DNA of 63,140 bases, counting the filler, from Reticulomyxa filosa (Eukaryota; Protista; Foraminifera): NCBI GenBank assembly GCA_000512085.1. It is 20 parts of 20 records of this genome, joined end to end, with 100 filler letters (N's around TTAATTAATTAA, not from the genome) between each part and the next. Parts side by side here need not be neighbours in the genome. Positions count along the whole stretch, not along the records: positions 50,858 to 52,979 come from ASPP01009882.1; positions 53,080 to 55,218 come from ASPP01050038.1; positions 55,319 to 56,925 come from ASPP01012113.1; positions 57,026 to 59,392 come from ASPP01003426.1; positions 59,493 to 63,140 come from ASPP01003021.1; 15 more parts are not named here. One strand, given 5' to 3'. Of the stretch, positions 50,870-62,919 are shown in pieces. The notes below the pieces were generated by a model, which was not told the DNA's origin, did no database searches, and saw only the letters and a list, made by a program, of their open reading frames with translations. Positions within the stretch are counted from its first letter, which is position 1. Each line of letters opens with the position of its first letter. The translations under genes were made by a program, and so were the position numbers.

Positions 50870-52627
50870 TTTGTTATTATTTGTTATTATTTGTATTATC
50901 AAGTTTGGAGTGCGAGTAGACATACCTGAAGAAGGAAGAGAAAGAGCGTTTACATCAACACATGGGACCGAATCACGCGTCAGAGGTGGCAAAGTTGCGA
51001 TGGAAGAAGAAAAAGAAGGATTGGACCGAGTAACCGATGCTGATGGAGACGAAGATGGACGACAAGTGTCATGATTTTCTTGATTCATTCGATCGACCTG
51101 TCTGTGCCAGTCATTGCCAAATCCTAAGTAATATCCAAGTTTATTATTGTTTTCGTTTGTTTTTTAAAAAAAGTGTATTAGTAATATGATATAAGGATGA
51201 ACACTATATATATATACAATATACATATTTATATACATATATGTATATGAATATCTCCTTACCACCAGATGAAGTAGGAGACAAGTACGGCATAAAAGGA
51301 GCAGCGTTGGATTGGACAGGATGAACAGGTGTGGAATGCCAAAAGGGCGAAGAAAGTGGGACATGTGGATAAAGACGGGCAGGAGGCTGACAAAGGGTAT
51401 GATCGTTGAGCTGCTCCCAAAGTGTATTGTGCAAATGGTACCAATGCGCCTTCCACTCGTCCCAATCGTCGAAGGCCAAATGGACGCACCATGGACAAGG
51501 ATATGGTGCACCATTCTGTTTAATGGCATGAAAATCCACCCAAGGAATTGACCATGAGACCGGAGCCACGTCGGCGAATGGGACGTCTATTATTGTTTTG
51601 TTTGGTTAATGTCACTCTGACACGTTATTACAATCGGTATATGTATATATATTATATGTATATTATGTGTATATGTGTATGTGTGTTATGATTAATCGTA
51701 AACTGTGTCCATAGACATGTGCAGGACAACAAGGATGAGGGCACCAGGGCGTTGGTATATGCTCTTGATTGTCATCCACGGATGTATTGGAAGCACAAGT
51801 GCCACAAAGACTCGACCTCCCAATGGCCTCTTTGGATTGAGTTTCAGTGCCATTCTCACTGCCATGTCCATCACGTTGTATTTCTCTTGTTGTCATCACA
51901 AGAGGCGTGCATGGCAGATTGGGTGTATTCACTGTCTGTTATTTGTAATGATATATTTATTATATTACTGTTTTCTTATTTATGTATTTATTATTATTAT
52001 TATTTTTTTTTTTTTTTTTTTTTTTTACTAATTTTTTTACCGCTTTTTCAAAACGCATCGAGTCGGTGTCGGTAACAATACGATCGAAATTACTCGATTT
52101 CGCAATGTTCTGATTTTCTTCTCTCTGTTCGATATTGCTTCCTGCAACAATGTCTTGCTTGTCCTGCGATCGGCATGTGGCATCGCCAATGAAATTGCAT
52201 TGTCGTCCTCGTTCTTGTTCTTCTTGTTCGTGCGTGTGTATCTCTTTCATAGACTTGGACTCGGACTCGGACGCAATATGGACCCTCCACATTGCAATGT
52301 CCATTTCTAATGAGACTTTGGACGACATGCTGTGTGTTTCAGAGTCCGGTGACGGGCGGCAATTGACAACACACTTTTGTTCCTGTCCCAGATTGGACGA
52401 CCCCATCTCACGGTGCTCCGATTTCAATGTCTTGGACGGCAAAGAAAGCCACGAGAATGATTCCATTTGAGTATCACTTGTCTCTATGTTTGCACGTTTG
52501 TTACTTTGCCACTTGATGTCTACTTGTCTATTCGAAGGCACACCTTTATTTGTCTCGCTCTCTTTTCTGCAATTTCTTGATTTTATCGTTTCATCAATAT
52601 CATTCATAGTTTGTTTCGATTGTATTA

Positions 52628-52678
<51 letters not shown>

Positions 52679-52870
52679 CATTGCTATTGTTATTACTGAC
52701 TTGGCACAAATGGATAGCTGTTTCTGTGCTAAAGTTGGCATTGAAATTATTGACTAACAATGGAAAAGCAGAAGGGGGGAGTTGGGATAAGCGAGTTTTA
52801 TCAAGTGTGCCAGGAAGATCGAATTTGGTTTTTTTGTGGACGTGGCCCTTTTGAAAGGCTTTGTCAAGTA
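50870..52870 (-). CDS. Low-complexity multi-exon protein with C2H2-like motif (partial)
   Basis: 266-aa S/N/E-rich exon, then exons with PWCPHPCCPAH and YPCPWCVHLAFDDWDEWKAHWYHLH (CxxC...HxxxxH), separated by AT-rich intron-like gaps. Confidence 0.5.
52629..52676 (+). repeat. (ATT)16 microsatellite encoding poly-Asn on the minus strand
   Basis: Sixteen perfect trimers read directly. Confidence 0.95.
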
Positions 52871-53249
52871 TCCATCAATCAAGGCCAACTCCCATGCGTT
52901 TGCACTTATATTTGTGTTTGTGTTGATATTAGTATTTATATTTATGTTTGTGTTTGTATTTGTATTTGTATTTGCATTTNNNNNNNNNNNNNNNNNNNNN
53001 NNNNNNNNNNNNNNNNNNNNNNNTTAATTAATTAANNNNNNNNNNNNNNNNNNNNNNNNNNNNNNNNNNNNNNNNNNNNAAAAATAGACAATATGATACC
53101 TAAAGGTGCCGATGGGCAGTACAGTCAAATGAGAAGCTTCACATGCAGGTTTGTTATTGTTTGTCGGTTGCTGTTGAGATAGAAGGGAGATTAGGGCAAA
53201 CGAACAAAACAGAAATTCAATATTTATGTTATCTATGTTTTTTTAAAAA

Positions 53250-53500
53250 AAGATCTGGACGGCGGTATACTTATACAGGAATATGGAATCAAAACGCCAA
53301 TCGACGAAGATGACGTTCCAACACTGTATTTTGGAGGCTGAGTGAAATTAAGCAGTGGACACCATTGACACATAAAATACATTGAAGAGTGGGCGAATAA
53401 GAAATATATGTCATCGATGTCGACGTATGGATTGAAGATGCAAAACGCTGAAGTGGGAAGAACACTGCGTTTCAATGGCGCTGACATAACATAACTAGCT
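53250..53500 (+). pseudogene. CAP-Gly family remnant
   Basis: DVPTLYFGG*VKLSSGHH*HIKYIE resembles the CAP-Gly N-terminal strands, with in-frame stops. Confidence 0.35.
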
Positions 53501-53599
53501 CACGCTTTAACATTGCAACCAATTTGCTGCCCGAGTTCGACCAAGACAAGCGCAGCCCGAAAGAACATCAAAATAGATATAATCGAAGAAAATAATGAT

Positions 53600-54410
53600 A
53601 ATGATCTCGAATTTGGTGAAACTGTGGAATTGATCGATGATATTGTCATACTTTGCGGTCTTCAATTTCGTGTAGCTGTCTTTTTTTGCGCGGGCCTTCA
53701 TTGTATTGCATCCTACGAATCTAGTATTGATCACAAAAACAAGCTGTTATAAATAATAACAAGTATACGTGTATATTTATTTGTTGTTCATATCACAAAC
53801 AAGAAATAACACTAAACACAGTTAGATGCTTCGATGTCTTCAATGAAACGAATAACACCAATGTCGCGACTTAACAAGAATTTCATCTTCGACTTTGAAA
53901 TGATGCGAGTCGTCTTGAGAATCAGCTTCGTCATCCAGTTTGGTGGTTTTCTTGTATTGGCAATTGCAACGCATGTCGCAAGTTTTCGACGAAATTGGGC
54001 AGGCAAATGAAATAACAGCGTCCTCACATATAATCAAAAATGAGTAACGCCATTGACACTACAGGCGGCTGCATTGTGATTCCACCGATTCAGCTGGACT
54101 CCAATAAGCAAATCTCTGGAAAAGCCACCTGTCTTACGCATTGCAATGCCAATTGTCCAACTTCATCCGAAATCTTTTCCTTGACTTTGTCAACTGTGAC
54201 AAACAATCCATATCATTCAGTGGCATCCAAGTACTTTTCTCCACACAGTCGCCGTTGTGCCGTTTGGATCCCACTAACCGATGACAAACAAGCAATTTCT
54301 TGTTGTCCAAACAAATATTCACGGTCGTCAAGCCGACCGCTCAACAAACAAACATTGACAATGTCGTCTCATTGTTGAGAACGACATCTTCTTTGAACAG
54401 TGCGCTCATG
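53600..54410 (-). pseudogene. Multi-CAP-Gly protein, degraded
   Basis: WDPNG/HNGD/GEKYLDATE*YGLFVTVDKV and FKVEDEILVKS/DIGVIRFIE in shifting frames. Confidence 0.5.
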
Positions 54411-55359
54411 CGCATATACGTTTTTTTTTTAATTTTTCCTACCTTTTTTTCCTTTCTTTTTTTTTTTTTTTCTCTTTTTTTCTTTTTTTTTTTTGTCTTT
54501 TTTTTGACTTTTTTCATCTTTTTTTTCTTTTTTTCTTCATTTGTTATATTTTTTTATTTTATTTTTCTTTAAATTTTTCAACTTTTTTTCATTTCTTTAT
54601 AATTTTTCTTAAATAAAAATTTTCACCACCCTTTTCCCAATTTCATTTTCCTATTTTTTCTAATTTATTTTCTATTTTTCCATTTTTTTACAATCCCTTT
54701 TTCCCAATTTATTTTTTCTATTTTATTTTATTTTCCTCCCAAATGTTCCCTATCACCCTTCTGTCAAACAGAAAAAAAAAAAAATAACTATAAATCATTT
54801 TGTGGCTGTTGAGCCCTGTACACAACCACAAATTGAAATATTTTTTTATTTTAAAAACAAACAACATAAATTTGCAGTGGAGCTGACAGCTCTATTCCAA
54901 TCTAACACTATTTTTTTTCCTTTTGTTACGATGGAGGGACAAATATAATTTTTGTTGATGGGGGCATGCCTATTGACAACAAAAAAACATTTGATAAAAA
55001 AAAAATAAAAAAAATAAGATACAAACCATTTTTGTTTTTTTTGCAACGCGGGGTGGCTTCAACCCCGAAATATTTCTTTGCTGGTGTCAAGTATACTTTT
55101 TTTTTTTTGAACAGACGGGTTGAGGCTGTTAATAAAAAAAACAACGTTAATTATGTAAAAAAAAAAAATGCGTAAATATATAACAAACCATTTGTACTCC
55201 TTGAGGAGACGGGGGGCCNNNNNNNNNNNNNNNNNNNNNNNNNNNNNNNNNNNNNNNNNNNNTTAATTAATTAANNNNNNNNNNNNNNNNNNNNNNNNNN
55301 NNNNNNNNNNNNNNNNNNGGGCCGGTAGGCCGGCATCGTCATGCCTTTGGCGTGGTGGT

Positions 55360-55385
55360 GGCCGGAAAATACCGGCTGTTTTTTT
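55360..55385 (+). terminator. Possible rho-independent terminator (bacterial contig)
   Basis: GCCGG-AAAATA-CCGGC followed by TGTTTTTTT; the stem is short. Confidence 0.35.
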
Positions 55386-55490
55386 GCCATTCCTTGCCTA
55401 AGCTCACTGAGAGTCGCTAAGAAAACTGCGCGGCCGGGCAGGGTTAGCCCGGCGGTTTTGTTAGCGGCTTGTGTACGGGCACACCACGAC

Positions 55491-55496
55491 AAGGAG
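55491..55496 (+). promoter_or_regulatory. Shine-Dalgarno sequence
   Basis: AAGGAG ending 7 nt upstream of ATG 55504. Confidence 0.75.
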
Positions 55497-55503
55497 ACCC
55501 CAA

Positions 55504-56328
55504 ATGCAAGTGGCAGAGCTATTCGACAAGGCATCCGGCAAGCTGCCGATGGTGCCCAAGGTAGTGCAGGAGCTGATCGCCAGCTTCAATGACAAAAACA
55601 TCAACATGGACGATGTGGCCGACAAGGTGGCCCACGACCAGGTACTGAGCGCACGCGTGCTGCGGTTGGCCAATACCGCGCGCTTTGGCGGCAGCCGCAA
55701 GATCGGCTCGCTGGAAGATGCGGTGGTGATGCTGGGCTTCGATAACCTGCGCGTGCTGGTCATCGCCTCTGGGGTCAGTGGTGCCACGGCCAACATTCCC
55801 GGTTTCGACATGAAAAGCTTCTGGGGCCGCAGCTTCGAGATGGCCAATACCAGCAAGGCGCTGGCCAAGCTGGCGGGCCTGGAAACCCAGCTGGGCTATA
55901 CCTGTGGCCTGATGTCCAATATCGGCGAGCTGGTGTTGCACGTGGCCGAGCCGGAAAAAGCGGTGCAGATCGACCGTGTGGTCGATGGCGGGGCCGACCG
56001 CCTGGCTACCGAGCGCATGGTGCTGGGCATGGACCTGACCGAAGTCGGCGCCGAGCTGGCCCGGCGCTGGAACTTCCCCGATGCCATCCAGGACGCCATC
56101 CGTAACCAGCACAATCTGGTGCCGCCGGCCGATGCGTCGCCGTACGCGCTGCTGATCGGCTTGGCGTCGTACATCGTGGCCGGTTTCAACCGTGGCATGA
56201 GCGAGCAGGACATGCTGGAAACGGTACCGCAGCGGGTGGTGTCGGCGTTGAACATCAGCGCCGAGCAGCTGGAAGGCGCCATCGGCCACCTGAAGGAAAT
56301 GAGTACCCAGATCGACAGCCTGCTGTAG
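55504..56328 (+). CDS. Bacterial HDOD-domain signalling protein
   Basis: LPMVPKVVQELI, DQVLSARVLRLANT, IGSLEDAVVMLGF, YTCGLMSNIGELVL, GAELARRWNFPDAIQDAIRNQH. GC-rich codons, SD, no introns. Confidence 0.9.
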   Translation: MQVAELFDKASGKLPMVPKVVQELIASFNDKNINMDDVADKVAHDQVLSARVLRLANTARFGGSRKIGSLEDAVVMLGFDNLRVLVIASGVSGATANIPGFDMKSFWGRSFEMANTSKALAKLAGLETQLGYTCGLMSNIGELVLHVAEPEKAVQIDRVVDGGADRLATERMVLGMDLTEVGAELARRWNFPDAIQDAIRNQHNLVPPADASPYALLIGLASYIVAGFNRGMSEQDMLETVPQRVVSALNISAEQLEGAIGHLKEMSTQIDSLL

Positions 56329-56342
56329 GCGCTGTCTGGCAG

Positions 56343-56374
56343 AAAAAACAAGGCCCCGCATCGCGGGGCCTTGT
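56343..56374 (-). terminator. Rho-independent terminator between convergent bacterial genes
   Basis: 12-bp stem ACAAGGCCCCGC-ATC-GCGGGGCCTTGT with an A6 run on the left (U-tract on the minus strand). Confidence 0.85.
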
Positions 56375-56380
56375 GCATTC

Positions 56381-56925
56381 TCAAGCCGGCTGCTCGGCGC
56401 TGTCCGCTGGCGGCGTCTTGCGCGAAATTACCGCCACGAAGCGGCATTCCAGCTCCAGCATCAGCTCGTCGATGCGGATGATCTGCAGCTGGATGCGGTC
56501 GCCGTTTTCCAGCTCCGGCAGGCCGGCAATGCGCAGGCGCAGCGGCACGCCGTCGATGCGCACCAGGTCTTCCTTGATGAAGGTGGCGGTCGGCTCGGTG
56601 ACGCCTTCCTGGCTGAACCAGCGCAGGCACCAGAAGTGCTCCATCTTGTCCTGGAAGCCCAGGTAGGCGCTGTAGGCGGCGTCGAAGTCACGCAGCAGCG
56701 CAAACAGCATGGCGTCGCCTTGCGCGTACTGCGGGTCTTCGCCGCGGATCATCGCTACCAGCTGGCGCTGGTTCACAAAGTCGGACGCACGGCGCAGCGG
56801 CGAGGTGCTCCACGCGTACTGTGCCACGCCCAGGCCGATATGCGGCTCGGGGCGGGTGGTCATGCGTACCTTGCCCATGCTTTGCGCACGGTACATGGCG
56901 GGGATGTCGGCTTCGGCCAGCATGC
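56381..56925 (-). CDS. Bacterial RNB-domain exoribonuclease (RNase II/R family), C-terminal fragment
   Basis: PHIGLGVAQYAWSTSPLRRASDFVNQRQL is the RNB signature (HxGL...Y...TSPLRRYxD); MEHFWCLRW matches the betaproteobacterial subfamily tail. Confidence 0.88.
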
Positions 56926-57025
56926 NNNNNNNNNNNNNNNNNNNNNNNNNNNNNNNNNNNNNNNNNNNNTTAATTAATTAANNNNNNNNNNNNNNNNNNN
57001 NNNNNNNNNNNNNNNNNNNNNNNNN

Positions 57026-57108
57026 TAAATGTTGATTTTTCATTGAGAAAATCAATTATCATCATAATACATGTTTTAGGCGTTCAGTTTTCTTTGCAAC
57101 CTACTGTA
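57026..57108 (-). repeat. Interspersed repeat, copy of 31878-31961
   Basis: Near-identical reverse complement; sits at the contig start. Confidence 0.88.
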
Positions 57109-58069
57109 ATTTTCTATTGTTCACCCAATCCATATTTTTCATAATCACTATCATTTCAGGAACATTTTCCTTTAAAATGTAATTCAGTAAAGAAAATGTC
57201 CTGCTGTGTTTCCTACTTTCCTTTGTCAGTCAAAACGTATGAAAGAAACTAATTTTTAACTTGTTTGTATTTACAACAAGCATTCAAGATATATTGCAAA
57301 GTTTTAGAAATTTTTAAAAATCTTTGCAAAGAATACATTCACCAACTATGTTTTTTTTTCCTAACAGAAAATTCTACACGTTATATATTAACTTCATTCG
57401 CATAATTTTAATAGATTTGAATTTTCAATTTGCTGTAGATCCTGAAAAAGGAAGAATATATTTTATCCACAATGACATATATTCATTATGTAACTCTCTT
57501 GATTGCAAAATTTTATATGCAAACAATTTCTACTATGTCAAAACATCAATTATTTTATTCTTATGAAAGAAAATTATATTGTTTGATATTTAATTTTATA
57601 TATATAATGAAATAAAACCAAAAAATTATGCATTTCAACCTCAGTCACGATTGTCAACTTTGCTTTGCTTTCTACTGTACTTTATCAATCATTTTAAGTT
57701 TATATTCATATAATAATGGATTAAATTTAGTTTTGATCAAATAACTTTTTCTTGAAATGAAACACTTTTTAATAAATTAATTTTTTTGGTACAATGAAAT
57801 ATTTAAATATTTTCCAATGTACTTGAATAATTGGGTAATGGGTAAAATGTTTGTCAAATTTACTACAAAATGATGAATCATTTGTGAATTATATTGTTGA
57901 TGCTGTATTCCTTGAAAGTGTTTGAATATAGAATTGAAATATTTTTACAAATAACGTCCATTATCTCTTTATTGACTTGTCTCATTTGCAAAACTTGAGA
58001 AATGATTTGATTTTCATTTCATTCATTATAATATTTTGATAATGAGATAAGAAGAAAGGACAATGCAAA

Positions 58070-58600
58070 ATGGATCTAAAATTAATTCCTCAACAACAGT
58101 CTTGCTTTGACAAAAATTGGATTTTACAATTGGACCAACAAGAAGACAGTCACGACTTTATTTGTTTGATTTGCAAACAAATCGCCAACGACTCAATGAA
58201 AATCAATTGCATTCAACATAAAAATATGGATGAACCATTGATCGCCGGAGAGAATTGCTTGAAGCAATTTCTTATTCAAAACTCAAATTCTTGTCCAGTC
58301 TAACCTCATCACAACTGTTTGTATTCTCAAAGCTGATGGCGAAACGATACATTAATGAATTGGGTGTGATATGTCCACGACAATTTCAACTAGGACAAGG
58401 ACAACAAGGACAAAGATCAAACAGATGAATGATCATTTGGAATATTTTTGTTGTCTACAAATGGTAAAGTGTTGGGTTGAGCCATTTGGATGCAATTATT
58501 CACATGTTTGAAATCTGCGATCAATGATCATTTGACATCAAATATGAAATTACATTTTGATTTGATGAGCACAACGATAGATATAAGAAAAGTTTTGCTA
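58070..58600 (+). pseudogene. RING-like/TRAF-type zinc-finger family pseudogene
   Basis: SCFDKNWIL...FICLICKQIAND...INCIQH...GENCLKQFL...SCPV*PHHNC, then VICPRQF and VKCWVEPFGC...HL..NMKLHFDL, with stops and frameshifts. Confidence 0.7.
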
Positions 58601-58843
58601 ATAAATTTGAAATTCATTAAAAAGGTAATTTTTATCAATTGAAGCATAATAAGACGAGAGAATATGATTGTGGATCAATTGTGGCTATCAAGAAAAGCAT
58701 TATACATGCACTATTATGAAAGTCATCACAAATTAGACAAATACGAAATAGACCAATTTGGAATCTCGTTACTTATGTTCTCATTTCTTTAAAAAAAAGT
58801 TAAAGGGACAACAGGGTGTATTGCAAATATTTTATTCTTTAGC

Positions 58844-59130
58844 AGAAATTGGAGATATTTGGCTTAAAAATAAATAATACAATTTCTTTTATAGAATGGT
58901 GTCCAATTGGATACAGCTTTGGTTTGAATGAAACCCCTACTGTTATTATGGAAGATGATGATATTGGCGCATGTAACAAGGGTACTGTTATGATTACTAA
59001 CAATACTGCTATTTCTCTATTGTTTATCAAAAGGATTGTAGAGAAATTTGATTTTATACATTCACAACGAGCTTTTGCTCATTGATATGTTCGAGAGAAA
59101 ATGGAAAAAACAGAATTTCTTGAAGCTCAT
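58844..59130 (+). pseudogene. TUBA: Alpha-tubulin C-terminal fragment, divergent foraminiferan/Retaria alpha-2 type
   Basis: ISFIEWCPIG...GLNETP...EDDDIG...VMITNNTAIS...RIVEKFDFIHSQRAFAH*YVREKMEKTEFLEA versus alpha-tubulin FVDWCPTG...[20 protein letters not shown]. The Trp codon has become TGA. Confidence 0.82.
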
Positions 59131-59965
59131 TTTGTCAGAGCTACCACTCTCAATATCATCCAAATAAATTGAAACAAACTTTTGGTACTGTCACATGTAT
59201 TTGAGGGAATCAAAGTTACAAAAATAAAGTAAAAAAGAGATCATTGCAATTTATGTTATTTAATTATCATTGGGTGATATCAAAAAATTGATCTAAAACC
59301 ATTTAATAATTTCATTGCATTTCTTTATTTTCAAATGCTTTTTATTTTTTCCAATTTCAATTTATTTTTTAATTTGGAAGTTTAAATATTTTNNNNNNNN
59401 NNNNNNNNNNNNNNNNNNNNNNNNNNNNNNNNNNNNTTAATTAATTAANNNNNNNNNNNNNNNNNNNNNNNNNNNNNNNNNNNNNNNNNNNNAAATCTTT
59501 ATTTTTCATGGAAAAAATCGATTCTCTTCATATAGTACCATTTAGGTATGGCAGTTTTTTTTGCAATACTGTACAAATATTCAAGAAAGACATTGATATA
59601 AAATATTATTTAATTGAATGATATGTATTGTTTATTATAAATTAGTTTCAGATTTAGTATTTCGTAAAAGTAAAATGATATAAAGAATTTTCAATTTGCA
59701 ATAAACACTGAAAAAAAGGATATAATTTTATCATATGTTAATGTTGCAAGTGGAAGAATTATTCTTGATAAAAAAACTCAATCATTTTTCATTTTACATC
59801 AAAGAAGGCCTTATGCAAAAAAACAAAAAAGTTGAAAATGACAACACACAAATTGCGTATACTTTGAATATTCAATTTTGTTCATCTTCCACCAATAACT
59901 CTAAAAAACCATAAGAATAGCAACTATTGTTGTTACAGCTTCGACAAATAAAGACAAAATGTAAA

Positions 59966-60320
59966 TTATCCCCAAATATGAATGGGACCTTTGACTGAAC
60001 CATAACGCAAATTCAAATCATATTTGATATTCTTTGTATTGTCTTTCTTTTTCAATACAATAAATTTAAGACAAATTATTCTATCATGCCCTTTGATTAT
60101 ATACAATTCATTCTTATTTGATCTAATGTCCCAAAAACGAATTGTATTATCTTCTGATCCAGAACATATCACATTTGAATTACCAATACTATTCTTTATT
60201 ACAAATGGTGAATATTCAACAGCATACACAGTATTTGTATGTCCATTGAATACATTGAATTGTTTGGTTGTTTCAATATACCATATTCGAATAGTTTTAT
60301 CACATGATCCAGAACAAATA
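59966..60320 (-). pseudogene. WD40 family 3' fragment with internal deletion
   Basis: ICSGSCDKTIRIWYIETTKQFNVFNGH joined directly to VEYSPFVIKNSIGNSNVICSGSEDNTIRFWD...IHIWG; near-identical to the end of the 61918-62919 ORF. Confidence 0.78.
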
Positions 60321-61673
60321 GATTACTTTTCTCAAACAATGTTCTGTCATTAAATTAAACAATATTTGAATTCAATGTGTTTCTTTCTTCAATTATGTTT
60401 TGTCATTTCGTTTGTTATTTTATTTGTCCAGAGTCTCTTTGTATATTCCATTGGATGCAATTTTGGATAGTTATAAATCGATACTCTTTCGAATATCATT
60501 ACTTTTTATCTCAATTGCTTTTTTATTATTCATTACAGTGTCCGATGATTAAAAAGGAAAAAGGAAAATATCATTGAATTTCATTGGTATGAAATGATCG
60601 TTGAAAATATTTATCATCTCTCCAAATAGAACATTCAAAATCAAATAATCCAATATATTTCTTTTTCTGTTTTTTCACAAAATTGTAAACATGAAAAACT
60701 TGAGAATTGCACATCTTTATTACTCAGGCGTAATCATTAAAAGCTCTTTGCTTTTGATTTTTTTTTTCTTATTTCTATCGATTATACTATTCACGTGGAC
60801 TCTTTCCTTAGAAGGGGAAGCACATGAAATAAAATAGACGGTACTTGAATCTTCAAACAAAAAGTAGTTGAGAAGTTTTATATTCAGAAATAGTTTAGTG
60901 TGAGAATTTTTTAATTCTTTCTTGCAAATACGGATTGATTAAATGTGAGTTCAAAGGGAAATTAAAAGATTTAGATACTCATTTAATCAATAAATGTTTT
61001 TTGAATTCAATTCATTGTTGATTTAAACCATTTGATTGTAACTCACATGCTTCAATCACAATTTAAAAGTTCATCTAATTGCAAATATGAAATTACATTT
61101 GATTTAGTCACTAAATTATTCTAATCTATGAAACAAGAAAAAATTAATCAGTCTTTACTTTGTTATCTAAATTACTTAATAAATTCACTGTACATATCGA
61201 TATAATCTTGAATATGCGTTTCTAAAAATTATAAATTTTGTATTCATTTTTTGCAAATAAAGTTTCGTCTTTAACAATAAATGTTTTATCTACTTCTCAC
61301 AAAATTTCAGTATTTAGAATATGTTATCTTTTTAATTTTTAAAAGTGAAAACAACTTTGTGGCAGGAATGACAATTTTATTTTTAAAAAATTAGAGTTGA
61401 CCACAAAACGTCCCCAGTTCAAGAAAACTTCAAAAAAACTCCATAATCAATTTATCTACATAATCTAACCAAGAACCAAAAAAAAGAAACTGAGTAAAAT
61501 GGAAGAAGAAAAAAGCAAAGACAGCATGAAAACGGACTTGAAGTCAATTCCTCAACAACAATCTTGCTTTGAAAAAAAGTGGATTTTTAACTCATCAATG
61601 AAAGCTTAGTCCAACTTGTCTTTAAATTTTTATTATTTACTTTATTTATCGTTGTAACATGTAATTAAAACAG

Positions 61674-62919
61674 TCAAAAGAAGAATATATCCAAGTCATT
61701 ATTCGTCATTGGATTCGAACATTCAACATTCAATTAGGATGGATCAAAGATTTTGACAAAATTGTTATCAATTATGTTAGTTCATTTGTTCTTCTTTTTT
61801 AAAAAAATCAATCAAAGTATTCAAATATTTATTTAACAGGCATCTGCTGTCTTCATTTTTGACACATTTCGATCATCATCCAAATTAATCAATACATTCA
61901 CTGGACATACCAATTATGTGTGTAGTATTGATTACTCAACATTTGATGATTGTCAATTCATTTGTTCTGGATCAGGTGATGAAACAGTTCGTGTATGGGA
62001 TATTAATAACAACAGACAAATTCAATCATTCAATAGACATTCAGATTCTGTGATTTGTGTGAAATTTTCGCTATATTATTATCATAATCATCGTCAAAAT
62101 GTCATTTGTTCTTCATCAAATGATAAAACCATTCGTTTTTGGGATTTCAAACATAATAAGCAATTACACATATTCAATGGACACACAGAAGGTGTTAATG
62201 GACTTAAATTTTCACCATTTAATGGGGGTAGATATTTGTGTTCTGTGTCTGATGACAAAACAATTCGTTTATGGGATATTGAAACATCAAAAGCATTACA
62301 TATTTTCAATGAACATAAATACACTGTTTGGTGTGTTGATATTTCACCATTACAAAGCAATAACAAAAATGATAATAATAAAATGAATAATATTGGTGTG
62401 ATTGGTGGAAATGGATATACAATTTGTTCTGGATCATATGATAAAACCATTCGAATATGGGATATTGAAACAACCAAACAATTCAATGTATTCAAAGGAC
62501 ATACAAACTATGTGATGAGCGTAAAATATGGATCAAATGAATTATTAAATACAATATTATCTGGATCTGTAGATAGCAGTGTTCGTTTGTGGGATATTCG
62601 ATCTGGTAAACAAATCCAAGTGTTCAATGGACATGCATATACTGTATGGTCTGTTGAATATTCACCATTTGTAATAAAGAATATTATTGGTAATTCAAAT
62701 GTGATATGCTCTGGATCAGAAGATAATACAATTCGTTTTTGGGATACTCGATCAAATAAGAATGAATTATATATGATCAAAGGAGATGAGAAAGAAGGTA
62801 ATGGAATATTTTGTCTTAAATTTGTTGCATTGAAAAAGAAAAAGGATACAAAGAATGTCAAATATGATTTAAATTTGTATTATGGTTCACCCAAAGGTTA
62901 TATTCGTATTTGGGGATAA
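61674..62919 (+). CDS. WD40-repeat protein of the expanded family
   Basis: Intact 333-aa WD40 ORF preceded by the family exon IQVIIRHWIRTFNIQLGWIKDFDKIVINY and a GT-AG intron; clear paralog of 27641-29032. True start unresolved. Confidence 0.85.

Noticed and set aside
54420-55218. T-rich then A-rich low-complexity tract with hydrophobic ORFs
   Set aside because: Looks like a low-quality read tail after a homopolymer at a contig end; similar tracts at ~16600-16749, 22018-22500 and 35327-35520.
55400-55470. Sigma-28 (FliA) promoter upstream of the HDOD gene
   Set aside because: No TAAA-N15-GCCGATAA match with correct spacing.
55519-56630. Long antisense or alternate-frame ORFs (280 aa, 244 aa) in the bacterial contig
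   Set aside because: Shadow ORFs of GC-rich coding DNA overlapping the HDOD and RNB genes.
55319-56925. Horizontal gene transfer into the protist genome
   Set aside because: The whole contig is bacterial with no host flank, introns or amelioration; contamination or prey is simpler.
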